Source: Armatimonadota bacterium
Lineage (GTDB): Bacteria > Armatimonadota > SYMT01
NCBI GenBank assembly: GCA_041690135.1
Contig: JAWLHY010000002.1
Span: 32,001 to 96,000, forward strand
DNA: 64,000 nucleotides
Reading direction: 5' to 3'
Part shown: positions 30,447 to 39,863 of the stretch, one piece after another
Layout: each line of letters opens with the position of its first letter
Position numbering within the stretch: the stretch's first letter is position 1
Program-made: the position numbers and the translations under genes
The notes under the pieces: model-generated
The model's database searches: none
Seen by the model: the letters and a program-made list of their open reading frames with translations, nothing else
Told to the model about the DNA's origin: nothing

Positions 30447-31472
30447 TTACTCTTTCGGATAACCTTTACGCTCAATGACGTGCGCCAGGGTGCCATCGTA
30501 CCCCAGGGCCATCATGCCGGAGCGCGCCACGGCTACGGCCTTCTCCGGCTGCTTCCATTCCTGGTAGGTAAGGGCCAGCCACCGATAGGCATCCGCCCGC
30601 AGGTCCTCTTCCACGGGGAGGCGGGCACGATGGCGCGGGATAAGCTGAAGCGCGCGGACCAGGTGCTCCGCGGCGGCGGGATAGTCTCGCTTGTAGACCA
30701 GGTAGAAGTGCCCCAACTCCGTCTGAATCTCGAACGAATCGGGGTTGAACCGCTCCCCCTCGTGCAGGAACCGAAGACCGTCATCCGCATACTTCCCACC
30801 GCGGCTCATGAAGGAGGCACCCACCACGAACGCCTGCACGTGGTGCGGGTCGAGCCAGGTAATCAGACGGTAGAAGGCCAGGGTCTGATCCGAGTCTTTG
30901 CTGTACAGTGTGCCGTCCCGCGAGAGGTACGGCTTGACGTTCCGCTCCAGGTCGCCGATGGGGCCGCGGAAGTCTTCTTTGGCCGGCGGAATTACCAGTA
31001 CGTAGGCGCCCTGGTGGCCGTGGTCCGCGTGCTCATCCTGGCTCGCCGTGCCCTGGTCGTGGCCGGCATGGTCGTCGTGGCCCTCATGGCCGTGGCCGGC
31101 ATGCTCGCCAGCGTTGGATTGCGCCCCCGCACCGCCGGCAGCCTGGCCGCTGTTTTCGTGACGGTGCACTTCGCCGGACCGGGAAAGCTCCTCCCCAGGT
31201 AGGGCCTCGCGTTCCTCCACGCCGGCATGCAGCACCGCGTGGGTCTTCAGCCAGAGCATCTGGCCCAGCAGCCGACGGGCTTCCCAGCCGGCCCCATCCA
31301 ACTCCGCCTCCACGGCGCTAGCCGCGGCCGGTCGGACCGCACTTTGGAGCGGCTCGGCACTCCAGCCCAGGGCGCACAACCCAAGCAGACAGATCGCCAG
31401 CCGGGCGTGGTCCGCCAGCCGAGACCGCGAGGAGCGGACCGTCTTCTCCGTGTTCGGAAGGATGTTTTGCAT
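30447..31472 (-). CDS. membrane-anchored TPR-like protein with His-rich loop
   Basis: RBS GAGGAGG; TM helix; HAGHGHEGHDDHAGH; TPR-like helices (FLHEGERFNPDS...ELGHFY). Confidence 0.75.
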   Translation of the reverse strand: MQNILPNTEKTVRSSRSRLADHARLAICLLGLCALGWSAEPLQSAVRPAAASAVEAELDGAGWEARRLLGQMLWLKTHAVLHAGVEEREALPGEELSRSGEVHRHENSGQAAGGAGAQSNAGEHAGHGHEGHDDHAGHDQGTASQDEHADHGHQGAYVLVIPPAKEDFRGPIGDLERNVKPYLSRDGTLYSKDSDQTLAFYRLITWLDPHHVQAFVVGASFMSRGGKYADDGLRFLHEGERFNPDSFEIQTELGHFYLVYKRDYPAAAEHLVRALQLIPRHRARLPVEEDLRADAYRWLALTYQEWKQPEKAVAVARSGMMALGYDGTLAHVIERKGYPKE

Positions 31473-31483
31473 CTCCGTCCTCC

Positions 31484-32263
31484 TCACACGGCCATCCGCC
31501 GGAACCGGATCTCGCCCAGCCCGAGAAAGACGGTCACGTAGGCCAGCGCGTAGAGGCTCAGCACGCCGACTACCCACGCATCCACCGGCGGATAGTTGTA
31601 GGCCGCCTTCTGCGAGAGGTCGAAGAGATCCAGGTGCGGCAGGACGAAGTAGAGAAGCTTCAGCGGAGCCTGCGCCAGCGCATCGGAACCGCGGATCGTC
31701 TGCGCCAGGGTACGGGCGAACATGCTGCCGAACAGCGTGAGCAGCCCGGAGAGCACCACCGTTGCCGGCCCGGAAAGGACCAGCGACAGGGCCATGGTCA
31801 TCGCCGCGATGGGCCCGAAGGAGAGGGCGCGCAATAGGAGATACTGCCAAAAGATCGGTCCGATGGCCGCTTTGAACAGCAAGAGCGCCAGCCAGCCGGT
31901 TCCGGCCAGCACGAGCAATGCCCCCGACGAGAGCAGCCACACGGCCAGGAACTTGCCGAGCAGCACGTCGAACCGGCGCACCGGCCGGGCCAGCAACGGA
32001 AAGAGGGTCCGGCGCGAAAGCTCTTCCGGCATCTGCCGCGCCGCCAGCCAGATACACACCGCAGTGGAAAGAAAGTTGATGATCGTCAGGGTGACGTCCC
32101 GCAGGAAGGTCTCGATGCCCCGCACGCCCGTGGAGGCCAACACCGCGCCGGCTCCCAGGCTGAAGATCGAGAGCATCCAGACGACATACAGGTCCTTGCG
32201 GCGGACCGTTTCCACCAGGGCGCTCCAGGTTAGAACGCCGATATGGACGATACGCTCGTTCAT
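31484..32263 (-). CDS. ABC transporter permease (ABC-2 type)
   Basis: ETVRRK, RRTLFPLLARPVRR...GKF; about 6 TM. Confidence 0.9.
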   Translation of the reverse strand: MNERIVHIGVLTWSALVETVRRKDLYVVWMLSIFSLGAGAVLASTGVRGIETFLRDVTLTIINFLSTAVCIWLAARQMPEELSRRTLFPLLARPVRRFDVLLGKFLAVWLLSSGALLVLAGTGWLALLLFKAAIGPIFWQYLLLRALSFGPIAAMTMALSLVLSGPATVVLSGLLTLFGSMFARTLAQTIRGSDALAQAPLKLLYFVLPHLDLFDLSQKAAYNYPPVDAWVVGVLSLYALAYVTVFLGLGEIRFRRMAV

Positions 32264-32282
32264 CGCTTAACTCTCCCAATCG

Positions 32283-33179
32283 CTAGTTCTGAGTCACTCG
32301 ATTCACGAAGTAATCTTCCAGCGTCCCCTCGCGCTCGCCCGCATCCAGCAGGGTAGCCCGAGGCGCTTTCAACAGATCGAGGGCGCAGCGCCACTCTTCC
32401 AGCCGGGGGAACTCCGCCTCCCAGGCGCCGTCTTTCCGCTCCGCCGGGAGAGGCGGCTCGCCCACGCAGGTGAACCGCACCCAGTAGCGCCGGAGCTCTT
32501 TCAGAAGCTCATCCACGCGGCGCTCGTCGCGGACCTGCCCCCGGTTGACCAGCACCACGCGGTCGCAAAGCTGCGCCACTTCGGTGAGTTCGTGGGAAGA
32601 GAAGAAGATCGTGACGCCCTTCTGCTTCTGCTCCAGCATCAGGTCGCGCAGTTCTTTGCGCCCCAGGGGGTCCAGGCCGCTGCTTACCTCGTCGAGGATC
32701 AGGAGCTTCGGGTCTCCCAACAAGGACTGGGCGATTCCCACTCGCTGGAGCATCCCTTTGGAGAACCCCTTGAGGCGATCCCGCTCGCGACCCTTCAGCC
32801 CGACCTTCTCCAACAACTCCAGCGATTGCGAGCGCACCGTCCCGTTATCCAGGCCGGCCAACCGCCCGTACATCCAGAGCGTCTCGATCGGAGTCAGCCA
32901 GGGGTAGTAAAGGGTCACCTCGGGCAGAAATCCCAGCCGCCGTCGCGCGGCCGGACTGCCGGCCGGCTCCCCCAGCACGCGCACCTCGCCGCCCGCCGGC
33001 TCCAGGAAGCCCATCAACGCCTTGATGGTGGAGGACTTGCCGGCGCCGTTCGGTCCGATAAACCCGACGGTCTCCCCCGGTTCGACCCGCAGGTTGAGAC
33101 CGTTCACCGCCAGCCGCGTCTCGCCGCGCCAGCCCTGGCGGTACGTGATGCGTAGATCTCGCGTCTCAATGGCTGCCAT
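32283..33179 (-). CDS. ABC transporter ATP-binding protein
   Basis: GPNGAGKS, FSKGM, LLILDE, SSH. Confidence 0.95.
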   Translation of the reverse strand: MAAIETRDLRITYRQGWRGETRLAVNGLNLRVEPGETVGFIGPNGAGKSSTIKALMGFLEPAGGEVRVLGEPAGSPAARRRLGFLPEVTLYYPWLTPIETLWMYGRLAGLDNGTVRSQSLELLEKVGLKGRERDRLKGFSKGMLQRVGIAQSLLGDPKLLILDEVSSGLDPLGRKELRDLMLEQKQKGVTIFFSSHELTEVAQLCDRVVLVNRGQVRDERRVDELLKELRRYWVRFTCVGEPPLPAERKDGAWEAEFPRLEEWRCALDLLKAPRATLLDAGEREGTLEDYFVNRVTQN

Positions 33180-33385
33180 AGTTGTTCCGTGTTCCCACAT
33201 TCGCGGTCCGGCTCGTCCGTTCGATGGAACAACCCACCGGACCGGAAGCCATTATCGGCAGGGGAGAGCGGAAACTAAACGGCGCGGGTGTTAGGGTGTT
33301 CGGTGGTCAGGCCCCCCTGTGGGGGGTAAATGTTCGGGTGTTCGAGTGTTCAGGTGGTGAACATACGGGACTTAGGAAGGCCCAC

Positions 33386-33554
33386 GATCGTCATTGCGAG
33401 GAGCGGTGAATCCGCAGCAACTTCACAGACCAGATGAGCCTCCCGTCGAAGCACATAGGTCCTGCCATAATCCCTTAAGCGACGTGGCAAGCCCCCTGGC
33501 GAGGGCACTCGTCCTTACACGGACTGGCAACCCCCTGGTCAGGGAAGTGGTCTT
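33386..33554 (+). repeat. dispersed element copy 1 (GTCATTGCGAGGAG...GCGACGTGGCAA-CCCCCTGGTCAGGGAA)
   Basis: Aligns by eye with 43302-43436 and 57332-57458 (both reverse strand). Confidence 0.75.
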
Positions 33555-33591
33555 AAACCAGTCAGCCTGTGGGTGCTCCACATCCTCAGGA

Positions 33592-34056
33592 TCAGTGTTT
33601 GCGATCCAGCGTTTCGAGGAGGCGAACTACCTCTAGGTGCTTTGCCCGCCGTGCCAGAGTGGCGGGAGTATCGCCATCGGAAGTTTGCAGAGCAGGATCA
33701 GCGCCAGCCGCTAATAGGCGCTTTACCACTTTAATCCTTCCACGGTTGGCGGCAACGTGGAGCGCAGTCCAACCCCCTCGCCCCGGTGCATTAACCGACG
33801 CTCCCCGTGCCAGGAGCAATTCGACCGTGGAGCGATGACCCTTGCCCGCGGCAATTTCGAGGTAAGCCGGATCATCTACAGGCACGTCCTGATCCAGCAT
33901 GAACGCAATTGTGGCGTTGTCGCCGCGTCCCACTGCGTCCGCAAGCTCGAGGGAGGCAAGCGGGTGGCTGATCCGATAAAGAATCCGCGAAACCGGCTTC
34001 ACGGCGAACAGGCTGCCTGCCAGCAGAATACCCAGAACGAGAAAACGAGGATGCAT
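33592..34056 (-). CDS. membrane-anchored ankyrin-repeat protein
   Basis: GWTALHVAA, LLAAGADP, GDTP. Confidence 0.88.
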   Translation of the reverse strand: MHPRFLVLGILLAGSLFAVKPVSRILYRISHPLASLELADAVGRGDNATIAFMLDQDVPVDDPAYLEIAAGKGHRSTVELLLARGASVNAPGRGGWTALHVAANRGRIKVVKRLLAAGADPALQTSDGDTPATLARRAKHLEVVRLLETLDRKH

Positions 34057-34172
34057 GGCCAGGCCTCGCCGGATTGAACGCCCGGCAATCCGCACGGCAA
34101 CCGAAACGGTACTTCGATTCGAGCAATCTGCGACTCAAGTCCCATCCCGGAGGTTCCCTCCGGCGACCGGTC

Positions 34173-34829
34173 TCACTCGCGCCGAAGGGTCCCACCCGCA
34201 CCGGATTCTCCCGCGCCCGGTCGACGTGATTGCGCTTCTTCCAGCAGGGTTACGATCTCCGTGGATCTTTTCTCCCGCGCCAGCTCCAGGGCCGTTTTCC
34301 CTTCGCGGTTCCGAAGCGACAGGTTGGGGCTGTAGCGCAGGACGATCTTGACGTTCTCCACGAGGCCATGCTTCGCGGCGATCATCAGCGGGGTCTCCGC
34401 ATCCCCGGACAGGGTGTCCACCGGCGTGCGCCAGTAGAGGAACAGGCGCAGGATCTCGGAGGTGTGCGGGTTCGCGGCCGCCGCGTGCAGCGGAGCCTGG
34501 CCCTCCGCGGATAAGGTTTTGGGGTCGGCGCCGATCTCCAGCAACTCGGTCACGGCTTCCGGACGGTCGCCCGCGGCGGCGATGGCAAGGATCGTGTTCC
34601 CGTCCGGGCCTGGGGTGTTGACGTAGGCTCCGCGACGGATCAGGGACCGGGCGGTCGTTTCGTCCCGCGCCGCCAATGCCTGCGTCAGTTCTCCGTTCAG
34701 CTTATGCGAGCGGTAGAACATGTAGAGCGGTCCCGACGTCCCCAGGACGAGTACAAAAATGACCAGTGAGACCAGGGCTCGCGAGATCTTATTCTCGCTG
34801 CGTAGCGTATCCGGGTGCAAAGTTTCCAT
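34173..34829 (-). CDS. membrane-anchored ankyrin-repeat protein
   Basis: TM helix then GNTILAIAA, APLHAAA, TPLMIAA, GKTALELA. Confidence 0.9.
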   Translation of the reverse strand: METLHPDTLRSENKISRALVSLVIFVLVLGTSGPLYMFYRSHKLNGELTQALAARDETTARSLIRRGAYVNTPGPDGNTILAIAAAGDRPEAVTELLEIGADPKTLSAEGQAPLHAAAANPHTSEILRLFLYWRTPVDTLSGDAETPLMIAAKHGLVENVKIVLRYSPNLSLRNREGKTALELAREKRSTEIVTLLEEAQSRRPGAGESGAGGTLRRE

Positions 34830-35111
34830 GGACGTTTGGGAAGGTCAGACCCCGCCAGGGTGGATCCCTTCGGGCACGATGCCTATGGTACAGGATAGTG
34901 CCGGTCACCCGGAAGAGGAAATCCCTTCGCCCATAGGAAGGAAGTGGGGAAGAGGGACTCCGCGGCCCCTCCTCCCCTCAGGTGCCGGCACAGAACAACC
35001 GCATTGTTGTTCCTAGCCGACGAAATTTACGCCCCGAGAGGGTGTCGGGTTCGCCGTTTGTAGGCGTGAGTTTACTCGCCCAGATGCATCGCTTGCTTCT
35101 TTACAACCGCA

Positions 35112-38100
35112 TCAGTTCTGCGAGGGGATCGTCACCACCAGGGCGTAGTTGCCCAGCACCTGCCTGGCCGCCGCCTGGATCTGCTCCCGGGTGACGGCGT
35201 TCACGAGGGTGGGAAACGCCAGGTCGAAGTCCCGTCCCAGTCCCATCGCCTCGTTCCAGGCGAGCCATTTGGCCTGGTCGCGGGTCCGTTCCTGGCGGAG
35301 GGCGTAGCGGCCGATGACGTAGTTCCGCGCCCGTACCAACTCGGCATCGGTGGGAGGCGTGGCGAGGAGCTGCCGGTACTGATCCAGCAGCAGGTTCCGG
35401 ACGGGCTCAAAGGTTCCCATCGGAAGCTCCGTTTTCGGGTCCAGCCGGAAGGCCGGCGTCACCACGTAACCGACGAGATGGCTCTGGTAGAGGAGCGGCT
35501 GGTAGAAAGAACCCAGCTCGTAGCCGAGATCGGCCTTCTCCCGGATGTTCCGGAAGAGCCGCGCCCGCTTGCCTCCGCCCACAATGGCGTCGAGCACCGC
35601 GTAGAGAGCGTAGTTGTCGCGGGTGGCGCCCGGCGTGAGGAAGCCGATCATCACCTGTGCCGCGGGACCTACCCGCTGGAGCGCCTCCACCCGTGGCCGC
35701 TGCAGCGCATCGCGGACCGGAACCGTACCGCTCGCCCCGACCCGGTAGGGGACATCCCGGAATGCCTTCTGCGCCAGGCTGATCGTGCGGTTCGGGTCCA
35801 CGTCGCCAACAATCCCCACCACCATCCGGTTCTGTACGTAGTTCGCCTGCCAGAACTTGCGGACATCCTCGGCGGTAATGCGGTCGAGGGTCTGGGCATA
35901 GCCGGTCATCGGCCGCCCGTAGGGGCTGCGCGGGTAAAGCTGCCCGACCAATCCCTGGTAGGAAGCGCCGGTGAAGTCATCCTGAAGCGTGGCGGCGCGG
36001 CGTTTGAGGATCTCCTTTGCTGCGTTCACCTCTTCTTCGCCGAACCGCGGGTGTGCGAGCACGTCCGCGATCAGCTTCAGGGCGTACTCGTACTGGTCCT
36101 TGCTGGTGACGATGGAGATCTCGGAGAAGTCGAAGCCGGGCAGCGAGCGGAGCGCCCCACCGGCTTTGAGGACTGCCCGCAGGAAACTGTCACCCGGATA
36201 GGTGGTGGAGCCGCGCACCAGCGCCTCCGCCGTCAGCGCGGCGATACCGGCCTGGTCTTCCCGTTCGTCCATCAGCCCGGCGCGCACCAGGCAGACGATA
36301 GAGACCATTTCGGTCGAGTTGTTAGGCCGGCAAAGGAGACGGAGCCCGTTCGAAAGCGTGCTGACCGAAGTGGGCGGCCGTTTCCGCGCCGGAGCCGCGG
36401 GCTTCGCAGCCGGGCGAGCCGGTACAGCCGGTTTAGCTGCCGGGGAGACCGGCCGGGCGGGAGCCGCCGCTGCCGAATCCGGAGTCGCCTCGACCGCCGC
36501 CCCACTCGCAGCCGCATCCGTGAACCCAGCCAGCCGGACCACCGGCACCCCCGCCGCAGCCACCTGCACCCCAAAAGGCTTCCCAACCTTCAACCCCTGG
36601 CCCCCGCGGGGGGCTTCTAACTTTCCAACCCCTACGGGCACGGCCTTCAACCCCGAGCCCCACTCCTGGCTCACGGTAGTCGCTGGGAAGGACAGGGGTT
36701 CCCCAACCTTCCAACCTTCTAACTTTCCAACCTGCAACCCAGCACCAGGCTCTTGGTAAAAGGTAGAAGCTCCCGGCCTCTGCGGGCTAGCTATCCGCGG
36801 TCGGAAGAGCACGGCCGCGGACCGGTTGTTGTCCAGGTACTTCTTCGCCACCGCCTGCACCTGTTCAGCGGTCACCGCCTCGATCTTGCGCAGGTACTCG
36901 GAGGCAAACTGCCAGCGGTTGATTGCGGCATAGTAGCCAAGCGTGCTGGCCTGCCCGGAGTAGGCCTCGTTGTCGAGAGCATAGGCGCCGCGAAGCTCCC
37001 GCTTGGCCAGCGATAGTTCCGCCTCGGGCACCAGGTTGTTGCTAAGGAAATCGATCTCTTTGCGGAGGAGCGCCTCCACCTGCTCCACCCCCGGCCCGGT
37101 CATGGCGGTGAGGAGCAGCAGGCCCTTCTGGCGGCGCGTCTCGAACACGGCCTGGACGGCGCCCGCCCCCTGGAGCAGCCGGGGCAGACGACCGGAACCG
37201 GCGTGTTCCAGAACGGTAAGGAGCACGTCCATTGCGTGGACATCCGGCTCGTCTTTCACGCTGGGCGCGGGATACGCCAGGGCCACGTAGCCGTTCGCGA
37301 AGGGCGCGTTCAACACGCGCCGCTGCGGCTCGGCGCAGGCCATCTCCTCTTCCGGCAGCGGCGCCTCGGTGCTGCCAGGGGTCGGCTCATCCGCCTTGAA
37401 GGCGGCCTTCACGGCCCGCTCCACTCCCGCGGTATCCACATCTCCCACCACGACCACCGTCATATTCGCGGGAACGTAATACTTTCGGTAGAACGCCTTT
37501 ACCGCAGCCAGATCCACCTGGTTGATGAAGCGTGGGGTCCCCCGCACGTCGTGCTTGTACGGGTGCTTTCGATACGCCATTTCGTACAACAGCGTGGAAA
37601 GCGAACGCTCCGGGTTGATACGGATCTGGTTGATCTCCTCCAGGATGATCGACTTTTCGCTCTCGAAGTCCTGGGGCCGGAACTCGGCGTTCCGCAGCGC
37701 ATCGGCTACCACGGAGATCACCTTGCCGACGTAGCGTCCGGCGACCGTGCAGCCGAAGCGGGTGTAATCCTTCTCGGTGGAAGCCTCCAACAACCCGCCC
37801 AGGTTCTCGATCTCACCGTCGATCGAGCCGGGCCCGCCGGTCTCGGTCCCCTTGAAGACCATGTGCTCGATTACGTGGGCCGTGCCCGCGTTCTGCTCAT
37901 CCTCCAGGAACCCCCCGGCGCGGATCCAGACCTGCACCGCCGCCAGGTCGGTGGCGTGGGACTCCTTGACGATGAGGCGGAGGCCGTTCTTGAAGGTGAA
38001 CTCCTTGACCTGGGCCGGATCGAGCGTTCCCGTCCGTCCCGGCAGCGCTACCGCCAGGAGAGCGAGTGCCGCGAGGCACCCGCCCAGCAGACCACGGCGC

Positions 38101-38192
38101 AGCCGGGAGAAGTACCCGGCGGCCTGGGCACGGGTTGAGGTAGGATTACTGGAAAGCGGACCGGTGTGGCGGGGCTGGTGGTGAAAATACAT
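35112..38192 (-). CDS. M16 (insulinase/pitrilysin) zinc peptidase, catalytic plus non-catalytic units fused
   Basis: HVIEH inverted zinc motif in unit 1; second unit (LSNGLR) lacks it; YVPANM and YVQNRM. Confidence 0.9.
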   Translation of the reverse strand: MYFHHQPRHTGPLSSNPTSTRAQAAGYFSRLRRGLLGGCLAALALLAVALPGRTGTLDPAQVKEFTFKNGLRLIVKESHATDLAAVQVWIRAGGFLEDEQNAGTAHVIEHMVFKGTETGGPGSIDGEIENLGGLLEASTEKDYTRFGCTVAGRYVGKVISVVADALRNAEFRPQDFESEKSIILEEINQIRINPERSLSTLLYEMAYRKHPYKHDVRGTPRFINQVDLAAVKAFYRKYYVPANMTVVVVGDVDTAGVERAVKAAFKADEPTPGSTEAPLPEEEMACAEPQRRVLNAPFANGYVALAYPAPSVKDEPDVHAMDVLLTVLEHAGSGRLPRLLQGAGAVQAVFETRRQKGLLLLTAMTGPGVEQVEALLRKEIDFLSNNLVPEAELSLAKRELRGAYALDNEAYSGQASTLGYYAAINRWQFASEYLRKIEAVTAEQVQAVAKKYLDNNRSAAVLFRPRIASPQRPGASTFYQEPGAGLQVGKLEGWKVGEPLSFPATTVSQEWGSGLKAVPVGVGKLEAPRGGQGLKVGKPFGVQVAAAGVPVVRLAGFTDAAASGAAVEATPDSAAAAPARPVSPAAKPAVPARPAAKPAAPARKRPPTSVSTLSNGLRLLCRPNNSTEMVSIVCLVRAGLMDEREDQAGIAALTAEALVRGSTTYPGDSFLRAVLKAGGALRSLPGFDFSEISIVTSKDQYEYALKLIADVLAHPRFGEEEVNAAKEILKRRAATLQDDFTGASYQGLVGQLYPRSPYGRPMTGYAQTLDRITAEDVRKFWQANYVQNRMVVGIVGDVDPNRTISLAQKAFRDVPYRVGASGTVPVRDALQRPRVEALQRVGPAAQVMIGFLTPGATRDNYALYAVLDAIVGGGKRARLFRNIREKADLGYELGSFYQPLLYQSHLVGYVVTPAFRLDPKTELPMGTFEPVRNLLLDQYRQLLATPPTDAELVRARNYVIGRYALRQERTRDQAKWLAWNEAMGLGRDFDLAFPTLVNAVTREQIQAAARQVLGNYALVVTIPSQN

Positions 38193-38253
38193 CGACTGCT
38201 CTGGCTCCTGACGTTGCCCGATTCTTCCCCGGTCCCCGGAGTAAATCCTTCCA

Positions 38254-38451
38254 ATGCCCATTGATGCCGAGTTCCTCGAAATGGTCGCCTGCCCGGCCTG
38301 CAAGAGCCAGTTGATCCTCAAGGAGGATAACCGCCTGCTTTGCGTGGCCTGCCGGCGCAGCTATCCCATCCGCGACGAGATCCCCGTGCTGCTGATCGAC
38401 GAGGCCACCATCGAAGAAGATGAAGCGCGGGACGTAAGACCCGACGCCTGA
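38254..38451 (+). CDS. Trm112-family (UPF0434/YcaR-like) protein
   Basis: LEMVACPACK...LLC..C...YPIRDEIPVLLIDEA. Confidence 0.92.
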   Translation: MPIDAEFLEMVACPACKSQLILKEDNRLLCVACRRSYPIRDEIPVLLIDEATIEEDEARDVRPDA

Positions 38452-38619
38452 TACGTATACTCCTACCGAAGTGGAAGTCTGCCACTGACAGATCCCCTTT
38501 CCCGACCGTAGGACTGTGTGAAGCGGCGATGAGAAGGCGCTTGAACGAAAACCTCCCCCCGGAAGCTACCGGGCGGCCCTGGCCGCCGGACGGTGACCCC
38601 GACTCGACGGAGAGACGCG

Positions 38620-39216
38620 ATGAGTGAGGTACCGGGCTGGAGCTCGGTCCCGGATGAAGAGATCATCCGCCGCGTCCAGCAGGGCGAGGCGAAGCTGTTC
38701 AGCGTTATCTTCGAGCGGTACTACTCCCGGTTGGAACGTTTCGTACGCCACCTGGGCGTGCCGGACGGCGACCTGGAAGACGTGCTGGCCGAAACGTTCG
38801 CGCGCGCCTTCGGCAAGGTCCAGTCCTTCAACGTCGATAGCGGCACCCGGTACGTGTCCTACCTTTACACGGTAGCCCGGAACCTGGTGACCGACCGGCT
38901 GCGGGAGCGGGGCCGCACGCCGGAGTTGACGCTTCTGGAAGATGCATGGCAGGAGCCGGACACCCGGTCGGAGCCGCCCATTGAGTGGGTGATGCGACAG
39001 GAAGAGGTCGGCCGCATCCGGAAGGCGATGGAGCGCCTGAGCCCTTCCGACCGGGAGATCATCTGCCTGAGTTACGACCGGGGGCTTAACTGTCGCGAAA
39101 TCATGGAAATAATGGGTAAGCCGTCGATCACGTCGGTGACCACCCATCTTTACAAAGCAATGAAACGGCTGCGCGAGTTGGTGCTATCCGCGGAACCGGT
39201 GGCTCCCGGACGCTAG
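38620..39216 (+). CDS. ECF RNA polymerase sigma factor
   Basis: DEEII, EDVLAETF, YLYTVARN, LS..DREII.L..., region 4 HTH. Confidence 0.9.
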   Translation: MSEVPGWSSVPDEEIIRRVQQGEAKLFSVIFERYYSRLERFVRHLGVPDGDLEDVLAETFARAFGKVQSFNVDSGTRYVSYLYTVARNLVTDRLRERGRTPELTLLEDAWQEPDTRSEPPIEWVMRQEEVGRIRKAMERLSPSDREIICLSYDRGLNCREIMEIMGKPSITSVTTHLYKAMKRLRELVLSAEPVAPGR

Positions 39217-39243
39217 GAGCCCGGCGGATAGGGGAAAGAAGCG

Positions 39244-39861
39244 ATGGCAGACACGAAGCAAGAATTGGCTGCCGACCTGGTCTGGCGCTATGTGGAGTAC
39301 CTGCGCGAACAGGAAGGACGCGCCCCGCTGACGCGAGCGGAGCTCGAGCAGGTGTTCCAGTTGATGGAGACCGCCTCGTCCGTACCGGAGGCGCTGGAGC
39401 CGCAGGTTTCCGAGCAGTGCCGGGCGGCGGTGCGCGCGCGCCTGGAACAGGTAGTTCATCCCACCGCCATCCCTCCAGCGGCCGGACCGGCAGCAGTTCC
39501 GCAGCCCCGCGCCACCCGGAATTGGTTCGCCCTGCCCGTTCCCGCCTGGAGCCTGGGGCTGGCGCTGGCGGCGGTCGCGGTGTTGGGCGGCCTCGTGGGA
39601 ACCGTCGGCGCTTGGCATCGGCCACCGGCCGTTACTCGCTACGTCAAAGTCCCTGTCGATGTAGACGATGTCCAGCCGGTCGAGGAGCGGGAAGTCCACC
39701 AGCTTCTGCACAAAATGGTCCGCAACGAGTTGCCGCCCCAGCAGGAAAAGAACCTGATGTGGCACATGCTCGTCTGCCCCGGCTGCTTCGACGAGTACGT
39801 CAGCATGAAGCACCACGGCCAAACGGCCAAACACGCCGCCTGGACGCTCGCCGGGCACTGA
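39244..39861 (+). CDS. putative anti-sigma factor: single TM, C-terminal HxxxCxxC
   Basis: Directly downstream of the ECF gene; TM WSLGLALAAVAVLGGLVG; HMLVCPGC. Confidence 0.65.
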   Translation: MADTKQELAADLVWRYVEYLREQEGRAPLTRAELEQVFQLMETASSVPEALEPQVSEQCRAAVRARLEQVVHPTAIPPAAGPAAVPQPRATRNWFALPVPAWSLGLALAAVAVLGGLVGTVGAWHRPPAVTRYVKVPVDVDDVQPVEEREVHQLLHKMVRNELPPQQEKNLMWHMLVCPGCFDEYVSMKHHGQTAKHAAWTLAGH

Positions 39862-39863
39862 AT

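Noticed and set aside
30447-32279. 610-aa ORF as a single gene
   Set aside because: Its 5' half overlaps the permease out of frame; a start with an RBS lies at 31472.
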